DNA of 63,822 nucleotides, the filler included, from Craspedostauros australis (lineage: Eukaryota), in NCBI GenBank assembly GCA_030167865.1. It is 9 parts of 9 records of this genome, joined end to end, with 100 filler letters (N's around TTAATTAATTAA, not from the genome) between each part and the next. Parts side by side here need not be neighbours in the genome. Positions count along the whole stretch, not along the records: positions 1 to 31,524 come from JALAGF010006347.1; positions 31,625 to 35,966 come from JALAGF010006350.1; 7 more parts are not named here. One strand, given 5' to 3'. The first letter of the stretch is position 1, and each line of letters opens with the position of its first letter. The position numbers were made by a program, and so were the translations under genes. Below are positions 21,861 through 32,828 of this stretch, one piece after another. The notes beneath the pieces were generated by a model, which was not told where the DNA came from, made no database searches, and saw only the letters and a program-made list of their open reading frames with translations.

Positions 21861-24800
21861 ATGACAGCAACAGCGTCGATGGCTCGGCCACGCCAACCCC
21901 AGCCCATCAACAACACCTTCTTTGAAAGAGAGCAAGAGCTGCAATGTCTTCGAGATGTTCGCCATCTCATCATTGAAGGCCAACCCATCTTGCCGGCTGC
22001 CTTGGTATGGGGAACAAGCGGAAGTGGAAAGTCGACATTGGTCGACCAATTCCTGAACCATTCCTGCTGCACTTGCGGAGGCAAAGATCAGTCAAAACAG
22101 CCACTACCATCGCAATCAGCAGCAGCAGGGGCAAGGACAGAACTGCAAGGAACAATTCGGCAGTGCTCATGTTGCTACGTGCTGCGCGGCAAGTACGATG
22201 AGTACACCGGGAGCAAGGATCCATTCGCCGCCATCATCCAAGCTTTGGATACGTTCGTGACTCAGCTCCGACACGGGCCGTCGGACGAGCTGCAACGGAT
22301 CCAGCATTCCGTGCAACGAGCTTTCTACAGAGAATCTGTAATCGACGAATCTGGCAAAGATGATATCAGCAGCAGTGGTATGGCGAGCAGAACGGGGCAC
22401 AACGAAGCAAGACAGGGCCACTCTGCCATGGCTGCTTTGATCGAAGTCGTCCCATCGTTGTCATTGCTGGTTTCCGATTCCATTGCATCATCTTTCGGTG
22501 TCATGACAGACACTTCAAGACGATCTACGAGAGGCGACCCAAGGGCCACGTCCACCAACGGCATGCTTGATCGCACTAATGGTAGGTCAGACAAGCGCAC
22601 GGCGGAAGTCGACGGGCGCACAAACAACAACATTGCCGGCGAGGCTGACAGCACCGCTGCCGCAACTAGCTCGCAGAGCGCGTGGAACAGGCTATGCTAT
22701 GTCTTCATCCAATTCATGAAGGCCATATCGACTCCGCAACGACCCGTCTACCTCTTCCTCGATGACCTGCAGTGGTCTCCAGCCGCTGGGCTGGAGCTTC
22801 TGGCATCGCTGCTGACAGATCCCGACCTTCGTGATTTCATGTTGGTCGGAGCCATTCGGCAGGAGATCAACCCTCACAACCACCAAGCAATGGAGCTATC
22901 CACTGAGGCCCCCATGTACAAGTCCTTTCTGGAACGGCTATCGTGCGCAGACAAGGCGACTGGCAGTGCAAACAGCGAGGGTAAACGCCTCGAGCAGATC
23001 ACCCTCGGCGATCTGTCGTTGTCAGACTGCATTCAATGGCTGTCGCAGCTCCTCAATCGATCCCGCGACGACAGCGATCTCAAACTACTCGTGTCGAAGA
23101 TCCACAAAAAGACGCACGGAAACGTGTACTTTACGCTTCAGGCCATCGAGGCGCTCAAAAGACAGAGTATCATTATATACAACCACACGTCAAATCGATG
23201 GGAATGGACTTTGCCGAGCCGAGGCAAAGGGAAAGGAAAAAGCAAGAGCAGCAGCAACAGTAACAGTGGCGATCACAGCAGCAGCAGCATCACCAACACC
23301 AACACCGACAGCAGCGACAGCGGCAGCGGCAGCGGCAGCAGCACTGATCTTCCCATTGGCGACAGCAGCGGCAACAGCACTGATCTTCCCATTGGCGACA
23401 ACACTGTAGCTATCATCGAGCTCCAGCTCAAGGAGCTACCGCGCGACCTGCAGAATGCATTGGCGATCGCAGCGTACATCCGATCAACATTTGACTTGGA
23501 CATGCTGCAGACAGTACTGCAGTACGTCAATGACCATGGCGGACTGGTTTTGCCTCACTGGAGCGAGGGATCACCAACAGACAAGACGACGTCAGCAAAC
23601 CTACCAACGTTGGAAGAAGATGCCACAGCGTGGACAGTTGAGCGGTTGTTGACAGTACTGGAACAAGCTCTCCTGGAAGGTCTGCTCACGAACTCCATTG
23701 GCGAGAGTGAGTATCACTTCGCACATGATCGTGTCCGCCAGGCAGCTTCTGGACTGGTTCCATCCGGCCAGCTCCGCAACAAGCTTCGGCTGCAGATTGG
23801 TCACTGCATTTTGGGCATGTACCGGAGGGCCAAGACACTGCAAACGCGGGCTTCGATTGATGATCAACTGGAAGCCAACCATGCAGCTGCGGACAAGGAG
23901 GGCACGGCCCGCAATCATGACCGCCATCCCGCCACGTATGTCGACAGCCTCCTCTTCATCGCTGCTGGCCACCTCAGCAACATGCCGTCCAAGGACCATC
24001 TCTTCCTGGTCACCTTCAACCTCGAAGTTGGGCAGAGAGCGCTCCAGATGGCAGCGCTGTCGACGGCTGACATATACCTGCGAAAGTCAGCCGCGGCGCT
24101 GCAGTATGTGCACGATCCGTGGCAGCAACACTACGACACGTGTCTTGAGCTATTCCAATGTCGATCCGAAATGGAACTCTCGCTGGGAAACTTCGAAGTT
24201 GGCTACAAGCTTGCAGACGAGATTATTAAAAGAGCGCGGACGCTCAACGAGAAGCTTCCAACACATCTCATCAAGGCGGCGGCCCTCGGACGAGAGGGCA
24301 AGGTGGCGGAATCTCTTTCCCTGAGCTTGTCCATAGCTCGGGATTTGGGTGTCTTCCCAAGACGCTTCTATCTGTTCCACGTCGTGAGCGACATTCTTTG
24401 GATCAAGTCGTACCTCAAGAAGCACACCGATGAATACATCCTGAACCTGCCGAGACTGCAAGATTCTCGACTGATCATGGCTGCAAGGATCATCGGGGAG
24501 ATCGGCGCTCGCTCTTTCTTTGCTGGCGAGTCACTCCTCTGGCTTTTGCACGTGCTGAAACGAGCTCACCTGGAACTGCGATGCGGTCTCACCGACGAGT
24601 GTGCACCGCTCTTCGCAGCCCTTGGCCTCGTCTTCAGCCTTTCCAACGAGGATCGTGGGTTGGTGATACGGTGCGCAAACCTTGCGCACCAGCTGTCTCG
24701 GAAGGTTGGCAAGCCTGATCAGGCTAGCTGGGTTAATGTGATCACCGCCGGATCGATCTACCTCAGCAGCGAGCCGTTCAGCAAATGCATCGCTATGCTG

Positions 24801-25961
24801 AAGAAAGGCTATTCCCTCGCCATGGAAGCTGGGGAATTTGAGGTGGGATTGCTGAACCTCCAAACATGCAGCACACAGGCGTTCTTTTCTGGGTACAAGC
24901 TGCACCCATTGGTGGAGACCCTTGAGAATACGCTTCAGCAATACAAGATCTACAACGTGACCTTCAACAATGAGACACCTAAATCCATCTTGATGGTTAC
25001 AAAGTATTTGGCCGGCGCTCACCCGATTGATTGGAATGTCATCGAGCGCAACTTGCAGCAAGACTCCAAGAGTGATCCCAGCGAAATGACTCGACTGATG
25101 TCCACATACACTGCACTGTCGTTGATGACAGCTCTGTTTGGAAAACATGAGCTTGTGCAACGAATGACAAAACTGTACGAGGGATTACCAGATCATTCCA
25201 AGAACTATTGCTTTGAGATAACTGTCATTCTCGTGCAAGGGCTGTCTGCGTGTGCGCTGCACCGGTCCACAGGCAAGACCAAGCACAAGAAGGAGTTGAA
25301 TCGACAAATCAACCTTGCCAGACAACTTGTCACGACGAGGGGGCGCAACGCAACGAGCCTCTCACAGGTGCTCAAAGCTGAGAAGCTTTCCCTCAAGACC
25401 GCAAAGACGAACACGGGCATCATTCGAAGAACGGAAGAAGCGTACGACTTGGCCATCGTGCTGGCAGAGAAGCTATCGTTCACTCACCATTGCGCCATCG
25501 CATGCGAAAATGCCGCTGAGTACCTCATTCGAGTGCGCCAGAAGCTTCCTCGCGACACATCGGATGGGCGCATTCTAGCTCTACGAGCATCACTGCGTGA
25601 TTCGATTTGCAGGCGCATCTCAAAGGCTGTGCAATACTACGAAGAATGGGGATGTTCGGTCAAGGTCGAGGACATCAAGGAACGAAGAGCGCGTTATTTG
25701 GAGATCAGCCATGAAGCACAGATCCAACCGGACTCCTCGAAGCAAGAGCGGAGAGTCGTGGATATGAAAATACGCAGCCAGGGCGGATTCGCAGCGGGCA
25801 CACCGGTACAGGGCAGTTCAGCACCAAAATGGCATGTTGGCCTGGACACTGACGATCACATCACCGGTGCAAACGAAGAAGAAGCAGACGGCGACGGCAA
25901 GAGCCCCGGCGACGGAAATGTGAGCTGTAACGACGACGTTTCTGTGCTGACAGATGGATGA
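21861..25961 (+). CDS. STAND-class P-loop NTPase (AAA_16-like) with C-terminal TPR-like helical region, 1366 aa, intronless
   Basis: FFEREQEL pre-P-loop, Walker A GTSGSGKS, GKYDE, Walker B YLFLDDLQW, THGNVYF (GxP equivalent), YHFAHDRVRQAA, and terminal YYEEWGCSVKV. This is the central module of bacterial multi-sensor kinase/adenylate-cyclase-type STAND proteins, with no kinase or cyclase domain. Confidence 0.9.
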   Translation: MTATASMARPRQPQPINNTFFEREQELQCLRDVRHLIIEGQPILPAALVWGTSGSGKSTLVDQFLNHSCCTCGGKDQSKQPLPSQSAAAGARTELQGTIRQCSCCYVLRGKYDEYTGSKDPFAAIIQALDTFVTQLRHGPSDELQRIQHSVQRAFYRESVIDESGKDDISSSGMASRTGHNEARQGHSAMAALIEVVPSLSLLVSDSIASSFGVMTDTSRRSTRGDPRATSTNGMLDRTNGRSDKRTAEVDGRTNNNIAGEADSTAAATSSQSAWNRLCYVFIQFMKAISTPQRPVYLFLDDLQWSPAAGLELLASLLTDPDLRDFMLVGAIRQEINPHNHQAMELSTEAPMYKSFLERLSCADKATGSANSEGKRLEQITLGDLSLSDCIQWLSQLLNRSRDDSDLKLLVSKIHKKTHGNVYFTLQAIEALKRQSIIIYNHTSNRWEWTLPSRGKGKGKSKSSSNSNSGDHSSSSITNTNTDSSDSGSGSGSSTDLPIGDSSGNSTDLPIGDNTVAIIELQLKELPRDLQNALAIAAYIRSTFDLDMLQTVLQYVNDHGGLVLPHWSEGSPTDKTTSANLPTLEEDATAWTVERLLTVLEQALLEGLLTNSIGESEYHFAHDRVRQAASGLVPSGQLRNKLRLQIGHCILGMYRRAKTLQTRASIDDQLEANHAAADKEGTARNHDRHPATYVDSLLFIAAGHLSNMPSKDHLFLVTFNLEVGQRALQMAALSTADIYLRKSAAALQYVHDPWQQHYDTCLELFQCRSEMELSLGNFEVGYKLADEIIKRARTLNEKLPTHLIKAAALGREGKVAESLSLSLSIARDLGVFPRRFYLFHVVSDILWIKSYLKKHTDEYILNLPRLQDSRLIMAARIIGEIGARSFFAGESLLWLLHVLKRAHLELRCGLTDECAPLFAALGLVFSLSNEDRGLVIRCANLAHQLSRKVGKPDQASWVNVITAGSIYLSSEPFSKCIAMLKKGYSLAMEAGEFEVGLLNLQTCSTQAFFSGYKLHPLVETLENTLQQYKIYNVTFNNETPKSILMVTKYLAGAHPIDWNVIERNLQQDSKSDPSEMTRLMSTYTALSLMTALFGKHELVQRMTKLYEGLPDHSKNYCFEITVILVQGLSACALHRSTGKTKHKKELNRQINLARQLVTTRGRNATSLSQVLKAEKLSLKTAKTNTGIIRRTEEAYDLAIVLAEKLSFTHHCAIACENAAEYLIRVRQKLPRDTSDGRILALRASLRDSICRRISKAVQYYEEWGCSVKVEDIKERRARYLEISHEAQIQPDSSKQERRVVDMKIRSQGGFAAGTPVQGSSAPKWHVGLDTDDHITGANEEEADGDGKSPGDGNVSCNDDVSVLTDG

Positions 25962-26823
25962 GGCTGATTCAGTGGATGCGAGAGTCGGATCGAATGGAGA
26001 AAAGGGAACAAGCAACCCCACAGCAAATACGGGGCAGCTGTGGGACGCGACAGGGTAATACATGCACTTATACATATGTACTGCGTGTCACACGCGACTC
26101 TGCGTGAAGACAAGGAGGGGGAGGAGTCGTGGAGAAAACTAATTCATCGGCACCTCAGACAGGGAACGTGGTTCATGAGGAGGGGGCCGCTTCACAACGA
26201 TTGCACAATCAATTCTAATGGCTGACATGGAGACATTTCCTGGGCTGCATTTCGCACTCCAATTATCTGTTGTCTTCTTCGGTGCTCTGCCCGTGGCTCA
26301 CATCCTCCAAAGGGGTGTCAGCGCTTGGACTCAGACGTGAAGCTCTATTTCGTCGATTGCGACGAAAGTGGTAGAACGTCGTGGTCAGTCTGAGTTGCAC
26401 ATTTATCGCTGTTGGCATTGCATGACTTCCGCAGAACAACTGAGCAGCACAAGAACGAAAGAATGACCACGACTCCGACTAACGCGTTTGTGGATGCGTT
26501 GGCGTGAATACGTGTATGCCACACACACCGACGCTGCGTGCTCCATGTAACCACATTCATCATGACATGTACAGAGCACCCGCAAAGCAGACCCAAGAGC
26601 ATCGCAATGCCGACGCATCAATGCTCGACTCTGCGAGTATGTACGTCTGTCAAAACGTAATCGCACAGCATTGCCATAATATACGTCCACGACGTTTGGA
26701 CGATCCCTCCGCCCGAGACAAGATCCTCATCCTCCTCGGCTGAGCTCAGGGATAGCGCCCTTGCCCACTGCATTTGTGTCCATCTTTTCACTTGCGCACG
26801 AGAGCAAGAGCACAAGCAACACC

Positions 26824-28913
26824 ATGAACATCACTGGCATCATGGCAGTTGAAACTGCACATGAGATCAATGTGATGAGCAGCAACAGGCTCCAATATGA
26901 TAGTGGCTGCTCATCCGATGAGAAGAAGCTTCAATTCGATGTCTTCGTTGGATGTGAAGACAAGTTGGAATGGTTGAACTCCATCTACAAGCACATGTGC
27001 CCCAAATCATCCAACCCTTCAGCGTGGGACATCAACAGCAATGGCAACGGCAAGGATACAGTTGAGATTCAAGAAGGGACAGACTATTACCGGACACAGT
27101 ATCAACCCCAATGGGAGAAATTCTTGTTTTGGCACAAAATTGTCCGACTTGATCGACCACCAAATCTTTTTCTCCTCCTTTCTCTCCTCCATTCACAAGT
27201 CCATCATGACTCAAGCATGACTGACCTGACTCACACCTCACCTTGGGAACTATATGCTCCTCAAATCCTTTTACTACAACATACCTCAATTCCCTCCATG
27301 CTGATGACTACTGCACCACTGCTGTAGTCTTGACGTGTGTATCCAACCTGTTTCAACTTGAGCAATGGAATCCAAGAACCAGCTCCAGCCACAGCCATTG
27401 CTTCATGGCCACTTCCATTGAGTGTCATGACCTACATTACAGTGTGTCTATGTGTGTGGAGAGCAAGGAACTGTAATGATTGTCTACCCTCAAGCACTGA
27501 ACCAAGTACATCAGTGCAGGGTCTCACCAAGTTGTGTGGCATCATTTCTTCACCCTACCAACACTACAAGCTAACACATAATAACCAGACAAGGATTAGC
27601 TACAAAGCACTCTTCTACTCATCGTTACAGTAACAACTATCAAATCAGTACGCCTCTCTTGAACTGCATCACACAGCTATCCCAAAGCTGGCAGATTCAT
27701 GAGGCATCCTCCACCAATTCGCACTGACTATGCCCAAATCCTAACTGCCCCTTTGATTAAAATCTTTAGGGTGTCCCAATATTGTCTTTGCAAGGCCATT
27801 AATTCTAACTAGGCCAGCACCACCTTTATGGCTCAGGTTGAGCACTATGATATGCTCACATTGTGTGATATCTACCTACTGGTGAAGGATATGCTTGAGT
27901 ATCTGCTTGGCATCGAACCTATAGAAATACAAGACCAAACAGGAGCCCAGCACAACCAATCAAAGAATAAGTGGAAGGATGCATTCGACATCCCGCCTCC
28001 CAAAGGTATGCCACTTTGGGAGCGCACTAGATGGGGAGTTTGCCATTGGACTCACATCCAGCTCGCAACCTGCTTCGGCAAGTTGGAGGTGGGAGAAGAG
28101 CACATTCGCCCTTTGGAAGCAAGTGCAGGTCTCAGTAGTTTCCACATCAGCAAGTCTGCAAGGCTACTCCACTCTGGACTCATGATGTCCAGGCTGGCAA
28201 AGAAGGCAGCTGGCAAGAGGAAGAGGAGACACTATCATCGCAAATCCATGCGCTACGCTGAGGAACTCCGACGTACGATCGAGAGCAACGGTGGGTACAA
28301 CCTGCACTGCTGTCTGATCATGGAAGCAGACGCAATGGCGACATCCGATGACGAATCGGAGCAGAACAGTCGAGCGGCATACGACAGAGCCATCTCCTTT
28401 TGCGCCCAAGATGGGCGTCTCCAGGATGCAGCGCTAGCAAACGAACTAGCCACCGAGTACTTCTTGATGCAGCGATCGCCACCGACTACGCCAACAGTCG
28501 GCGCGTCCACAAGTCCGCAAGAGAAAGGAAGCAACAAGAACACAACATGAGGCACAATCAAGCTTGCACGTACACCCAGGGAGTCCAATACTCTTGCGAG
28601 TTCTGCTTTGATGCCTGGGGCAGTCTCGGATGATGACGACTCAAGCATTCACTGGGCACGCATATACCTGGAGAATGCCCTTGCACTGCACCATAAATGG
28701 GGAGCAAAGGGAAAGGTTGAGCAGCTGTTAGTTAAGTATCCGGACTTGGTTAACGAAAGCATGGTGGAATGTCTGAGTGATGCCATCGGAGGCGAGGTCG
28801 ACAACAACAAGCGAGAGAGCAACCAAAGCGCAGCCAGGGTCACCGCAGATACTCGAGCGTGCATGGTGGCGGCGCATGAGGTCATGGCGAAGACCGATCT
28901 CGATAATCTGTAA
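26824..28913 (+). pseudogene. Disrupted STAND ATPase paralogue: N-terminus (26824-27059), LTR insertion, central deletion, C-terminus (~27768-28913) with an in-frame stop
   Basis: QFDVFVGCEDKLEWLNSIY aligns with QFNTFVGREDELERLNSIY of the 50992 gene. 27828-28913 aligns with its last ~340 aa (AAYDRAISFCAQDGRLQDAALANELATEYFL; KWGAKGKVEQLL; TADTRACMVAAHEVMA). ORFs 27828 and 28608 share a frame, split by TGA at 28548-28550. Confidence 0.9.
27060..27746 (-). mobile_element. LTR (family A, 687 bp, AG...CT termini), probably the 3' LTR of a truncated minus-strand element
   Basis: Closely similar along its length to 56380-56472 + 58259-58849. Ends AGTTGAGATTC...AATCCTAACT. Flanks differ (GATAC / GCCCC). 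The minus strand has a purine run AAAGGGGC directly before the LTR, which is PPT-like. Confidence 0.8.
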
Positions 28914-29306
28914 CTGCTTGTACCATGCTAGGACTATCAGGAGTGGGCTCTACTCCTACCATTACTCCCTGCCAACAGTTCTGTTGCACATTTTAATCAG
29001 ATTCATACAATATCTAATTGGGCACCTTCATTGCCTTAAATCTATGAATAGGTACCATGCAGTGTTGCTTACGGGCATAATGAATTTATCTTTGTTTGCT
29101 TCGTTCTGAGATTGCGTAACACCGTAGCGCCAAGTGAACGAACTTCGTCGAGTGGCAGCGTGCCACGTGGACACTAGATGTATGGCACTATACATAATAT
29201 AATACTGTAGGCATCAATTGGTATAGGTATAATTATATTTCATTCTTTTGGTATTGCACGGCGAGATTTGATCGTGTTCCATCGTGTTGTTGTTTTCGCC
29301 AAGTGC

Positions 29307-30283
29307 TTAGGCGCTCATGACGCGGAACTGGACCATCGGGTTGCGCCAGTCGTAGTTCTGGGTGTTTGGGAGGGTGTTGGTTGGAACATCAGACTGGATG
29401 CCGCGGTGGATGTGAACGAAGCCCTCGCCGTTGCCATCAGCGTTGTTTCCGGCTGGACAGGCTGGTCCTGGGATGGAATCACACTGCTGGTTGTTGACCT
29501 CGGTACCGGAATCGTATCCAACTCCGCGGAACATGTCACCTGGCCTGATCTTGGCACCGTTCAAGGCGACGAAGCTACAATTTGCGATGGAGTTGTATTG
29601 GAGATCGCGTGAATGTATCATGTCATCGGATGCGAGAACGGAGCAATGGAAGCAGAATAGTGTGAGAGATGTGGTGCGGTGCGATGCCATACGCGGGCTC
29701 AACAGCAACAATAGCGACAATGGCGAACAAGCCGCCGGTAGTATACATGGACGCACGCGCGCGCTCATCCATTAAGAGATTCTGATCTCATGACTCACCA
29801 ATCGTTGGTGTTGACCGCCATGGTGGCGATGGTGACGTAGTAGCCAGCTGGGACGGTGACTGGGATATCGAGGCTGCCGCCTGGTCCGATTGGGCCTGGG
29901 ACGGCCATGGCGGTGGCGACGCCTGGTTTGCCATTGTATGCGGTGACCAAAGCGGAGGGGTCTCCGTTCTCGGCGAGGGTTCCCAATGCATTGCTGGCGG
30001 GCACACCCAAGGTGAAGAGAGGACCGGCGGCACGGGTGTGGACCATGACGAAGAGGCCGCTGAACGGTTGGCGGAAGGCCAGGTTGGTGACGCGGACATT
30101 GAGGAACTGTGGTCCATCCGGGCTGCTGCCGGCCTTGAGTCGGCGAGTGGCCTTGAGGATGTCAAAGTCATCGACCTTTTCGTTGTCGGAGTTGTGGGCG
30201 GCAACGAAGGTGGCATCGTTGTTGGCGAGGAGGGCCATGGCGGAGGCCACGAGGAGAGCGAGGGTGCTGGTCTTGAACATCAT
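29307..30283 (-). CDS. Secreted spondin-domain (Spondin_N, bacterial-like) protein, 250 aa; complement(join(29307..29574,29799..30283))
   Basis: Signal peptide, then RVTNLAFRQPFS..VHT..LAENGD..TMAVNTNDCFVALNG..YDSGTEVN..EGFVHIHRGI..DWRNP. Intron GTGAGT (29798) to TTGTAG (29575) restores NTNDCFVAL in frame. Confidence 0.85.
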
Positions 30284-30292
30284 GTTATTGCT

Positions 30293-30311
30293 TGATTGGC
30301 TGATTGATTGG

Positions 30312-30346
<35 letters not shown>
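30293..30346. repeat. (ATTG)n microsatellite immediately 5' of the spondin gene start
   Basis: About 13 mostly perfect TTGA/ATTG units, directly visible. Confidence 0.9.
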
Positions 30347-30349
<3 letters not shown>

Positions 30350-31303
30350 GGGTAGTTGTGCGGTTGCTGATTTTGTGAGGAGATGACGGATGGAAGTGAA
30401 TTTGGAGATGCCTTGGCGCTCGCGAAGTGATGACCATGGAGACGGCACACCGACGAAAGATCTGGACATCAAAACTGCTCGGTGCACAGCGCGCGTCGGT
30501 GGGAGCATTTCGGCTCAGTCTTCGTCACCTCATTTGTCCCCTCCCATGTCAGATGCAATGGCTCTTTTGACATCGGCGATGTTGGGACGCGTGATGTGTA
30601 CATTTATGGTACTATACCACACCATACCATACTCGTGCGCGTGCATTCTGGGAAACTATTGGTCTTGTTCTGATGTTTGGCGGGATGCCAACAGAGTAGA
30701 CCAGGGACAGCAGCACATAGCATCTTGGGAGGAATTGTTCTCTTGCGTGCGTGATATTATGCCACGGGCTTGATTCCAGCCAAGTCTGCTTGTGAAGTAT
30801 TCACAGCGTGGACGGAGTATGTGCAACACATCAACACATCTGGACGATCATGAGCACTAATAATAGTATGTACTGATATCTTCGATCTTGTGGCGTGCCA
30901 GGACCATCAGGCGACTTCAATGCCCACACCGGCGATGGCACAACAAGATCGATCGCAACGGCGGCACAATCACAACCACAAGTACAATCGCAAGTACAAG
31001 GATGTGGTTGCTCCGATCCATCCTTCTTGCGCAGTATTGTCCTTTTCGGAAGGAAGGATTGGATTCTGTGTGTGATGACATATTTTGCCGCGACTCCTAA
31101 TCCAATTCATGATTAACTGAATGTCAAAAGTTACGTCTGGCCACCACCAAAGTGCTTCTGCCTGCTTTTTGCAGGGACACGCGGCAAAATGTCTGGCACG
31201 ATAAAAAACCTCGTGCCTTAAACCAAATAAATAGCTCCGGCGTCTTTTGATATTTATTACGTCATCACAATGAAATTGATAAACTCATGCTGTCATGTGT
31301 CAT

Positions 31304-31420
31304 TGTCGGGAATGTCGGGAATGTCGGGCGCTTTGTCGGGAATGTCGGGTGTGTTGTCGGGAATGTCGGGTGTGTTGTCGGGAATGTCGGGCGTGTTGTG
31401 GTGATTGTCGAGAATGTCGG
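31304..31420. repeat. Imperfect tandem minisatellite built on TGTCGGG (unit about 21 bp, TGTCGGGAATGTCGGGTGTGT)
   Basis: Directly visible near a scaffold end. May be a TE subterminal repeat. Confidence 0.8.
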
Positions 31421-31568
31421 GAGTCTCGGCACCAGACATCCGCACCTGGATGGGCAGAGTTCACGGGAAACGGACAGACGAAACAATCGAAGAACGAAAA
31501 ACGCGTGGTGGCACACTGGACGAANNNNNNNNNNNNNNNNNNNNNNNNNNNNNNNNNNNNNNNNNNNN

Positions 31569-31580
31569 TTAATTAATTAA
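31569..31580. other. Artificial scaffold linker TTAATTAATTAA (also 36011-36022, 38563-38574, 41543-41554, 44333-44344, 47639-47650, 49992-50003, 62123-62134)
   Basis: The same 12-mer, with stops in all six frames, is embedded in N runs eight times. Confidence 0.97.
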
Positions 31581-31994
31581 NNNNNNNNNNNNNNNNNNNN
31601 NNNNNNNNNNNNNNNNNNNNNNNNTTCACCCTGCTTATTCTCATCCCATTTCATTCAGATGCTCATCAAGTAGTCATAAAACGCACAAAGCAATAGCCCA
31701 AAAGCCTATAGCCTTAACACACTACAAAGCAAGCACATTTTCCTTTCAGCCAACGTTTTCCTTGTCAACCCCGACTCTAAACGGCCTCTTCTTGAAGTCG
31801 GTCCGGGTGGCAACATTGAACCCCTGTACAACAAGACAGGCAGAATCCACATCACACGAATCCATCACAAAACACAAGTCCAACACAGAACACTTTNGTC
31901 CGTCTACTTCGATCGCGTAAGTCCGCGGGCTTGACCCAAAACTCACACAACACTTCGCTTGGACTTCTGGGATCCGCGTGAAACTACCCAAACT

Positions 31995-32828
31995 TTATCT
32001 AGACTTGATCAGTCCGGACATTGGGCAGCGCTTCATGACGACGGTTCCACTCAGGAAGCACTTGGGTGAGAATGGGCCGCGGAATGTCAAGTCCTCCTCG
32101 AAGCGGAAGGTCACTTTGTGCTTGGTCACCGACAGGGTGTCCTCGATGAGTCGCGACTCGCATTCATCTGCGTCAAAGAGCATGCGGCAGCCGCGGACCC
32201 ATTGCTCGCGGTAGTACTTGCCGTCGAGGTCGGATCCGTCCTTGAAGGTGGCCTGCTCGTCGTAGATGGATCTGGTGACATCGGCGGTGACGAGTGACTT
32301 CTTGTTGACGATGTCGCTGATGATGATCTGTGCCAGTTGCTCGTCTGGCAGGTTAAGCTGCTTCTGTTCTGTTGTGTAGGTGGTGGCGACGGCCAGGGCG
32401 ACCATGGAATGCATCCATGCACGCCGGGATGTCGACTTTGGTGGCAGTGATGGTGCGGCGTCGGTATTGGTGTTCGCCGTGGTGCTCCAGAAAGGATTGG
32501 CAGGTGTGGCTGGATCCATTGCGTGCTGTGGTGCGTTGGATGAGATGGCTTGTCTGGCGTTCTGAAGGAATGCGAAACGTGATGCCGATGGTTTCTCTGG
32601 CTCGAACATGGTAGCGAAGAGCTGGGTGTTAGTTGCGGTTGCGGTTGCGAGTTCGGCTGGCTGTCTCGTGATGAATGCATGTGCTTGGTTGTTGGCGCAT
32701 GGTGCTGCGAGGATAACGATTCCAAGGAGGAGGGAGATCTTCACATTGAACGAGGTTGGCTTGATGCTACTGCTGCTGCTGCTGCTGCTGCTAGCGGTGG
32801 TATTGTTCATAGTCATGTTGGTGTTCAT
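31995..32828 (-). CDS. Plastid-targeted (possibly thylakoid-lumen) NTF2/SnoaL/DUF2358-like protein; C-terminus possibly truncated
   Basis: Hydrophobic signal ending AHA-F, transit-like region, twin-Arg SRRAW plus hydrophobic stretch, then LVTADVTRSIYDEQATFKD...FRFEEDLTF...SGTVVMKR..GLIKSR resembling algal DUF2358-like proteins. Confidence 0.65.
   Translation of the reverse strand: MNTNMTMNNTTASSSSSSSSSIKPTSFNVKISLLLGIVILAAPCANNQAHAFITRQPAELATATATNTQLFATMFEPEKPSASRFAFLQNARQAISSNAPQHAMDPATPANPFWSTTANTNTDAAPSLPPKSTSRRAWMHSMVALAVATTYTTEQKQLNLPDEQLAQIIISDIVNKKSLVTADVTRSIYDEQATFKDGSDLDGKYYREQWVRGCRMLFDADECESRLIEDTLSVTKHKVTFRFEEDLTFRGPFSPKCFLSGTVVMKRCPMSGLIKSR

Noticed and set aside
31304..31420. 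Possible CRISPR-like or telomeric array
   Set aside because: No unique spacers, not TTAGGG-like, and the context is eukaryotic. It is a simple minisatellite.
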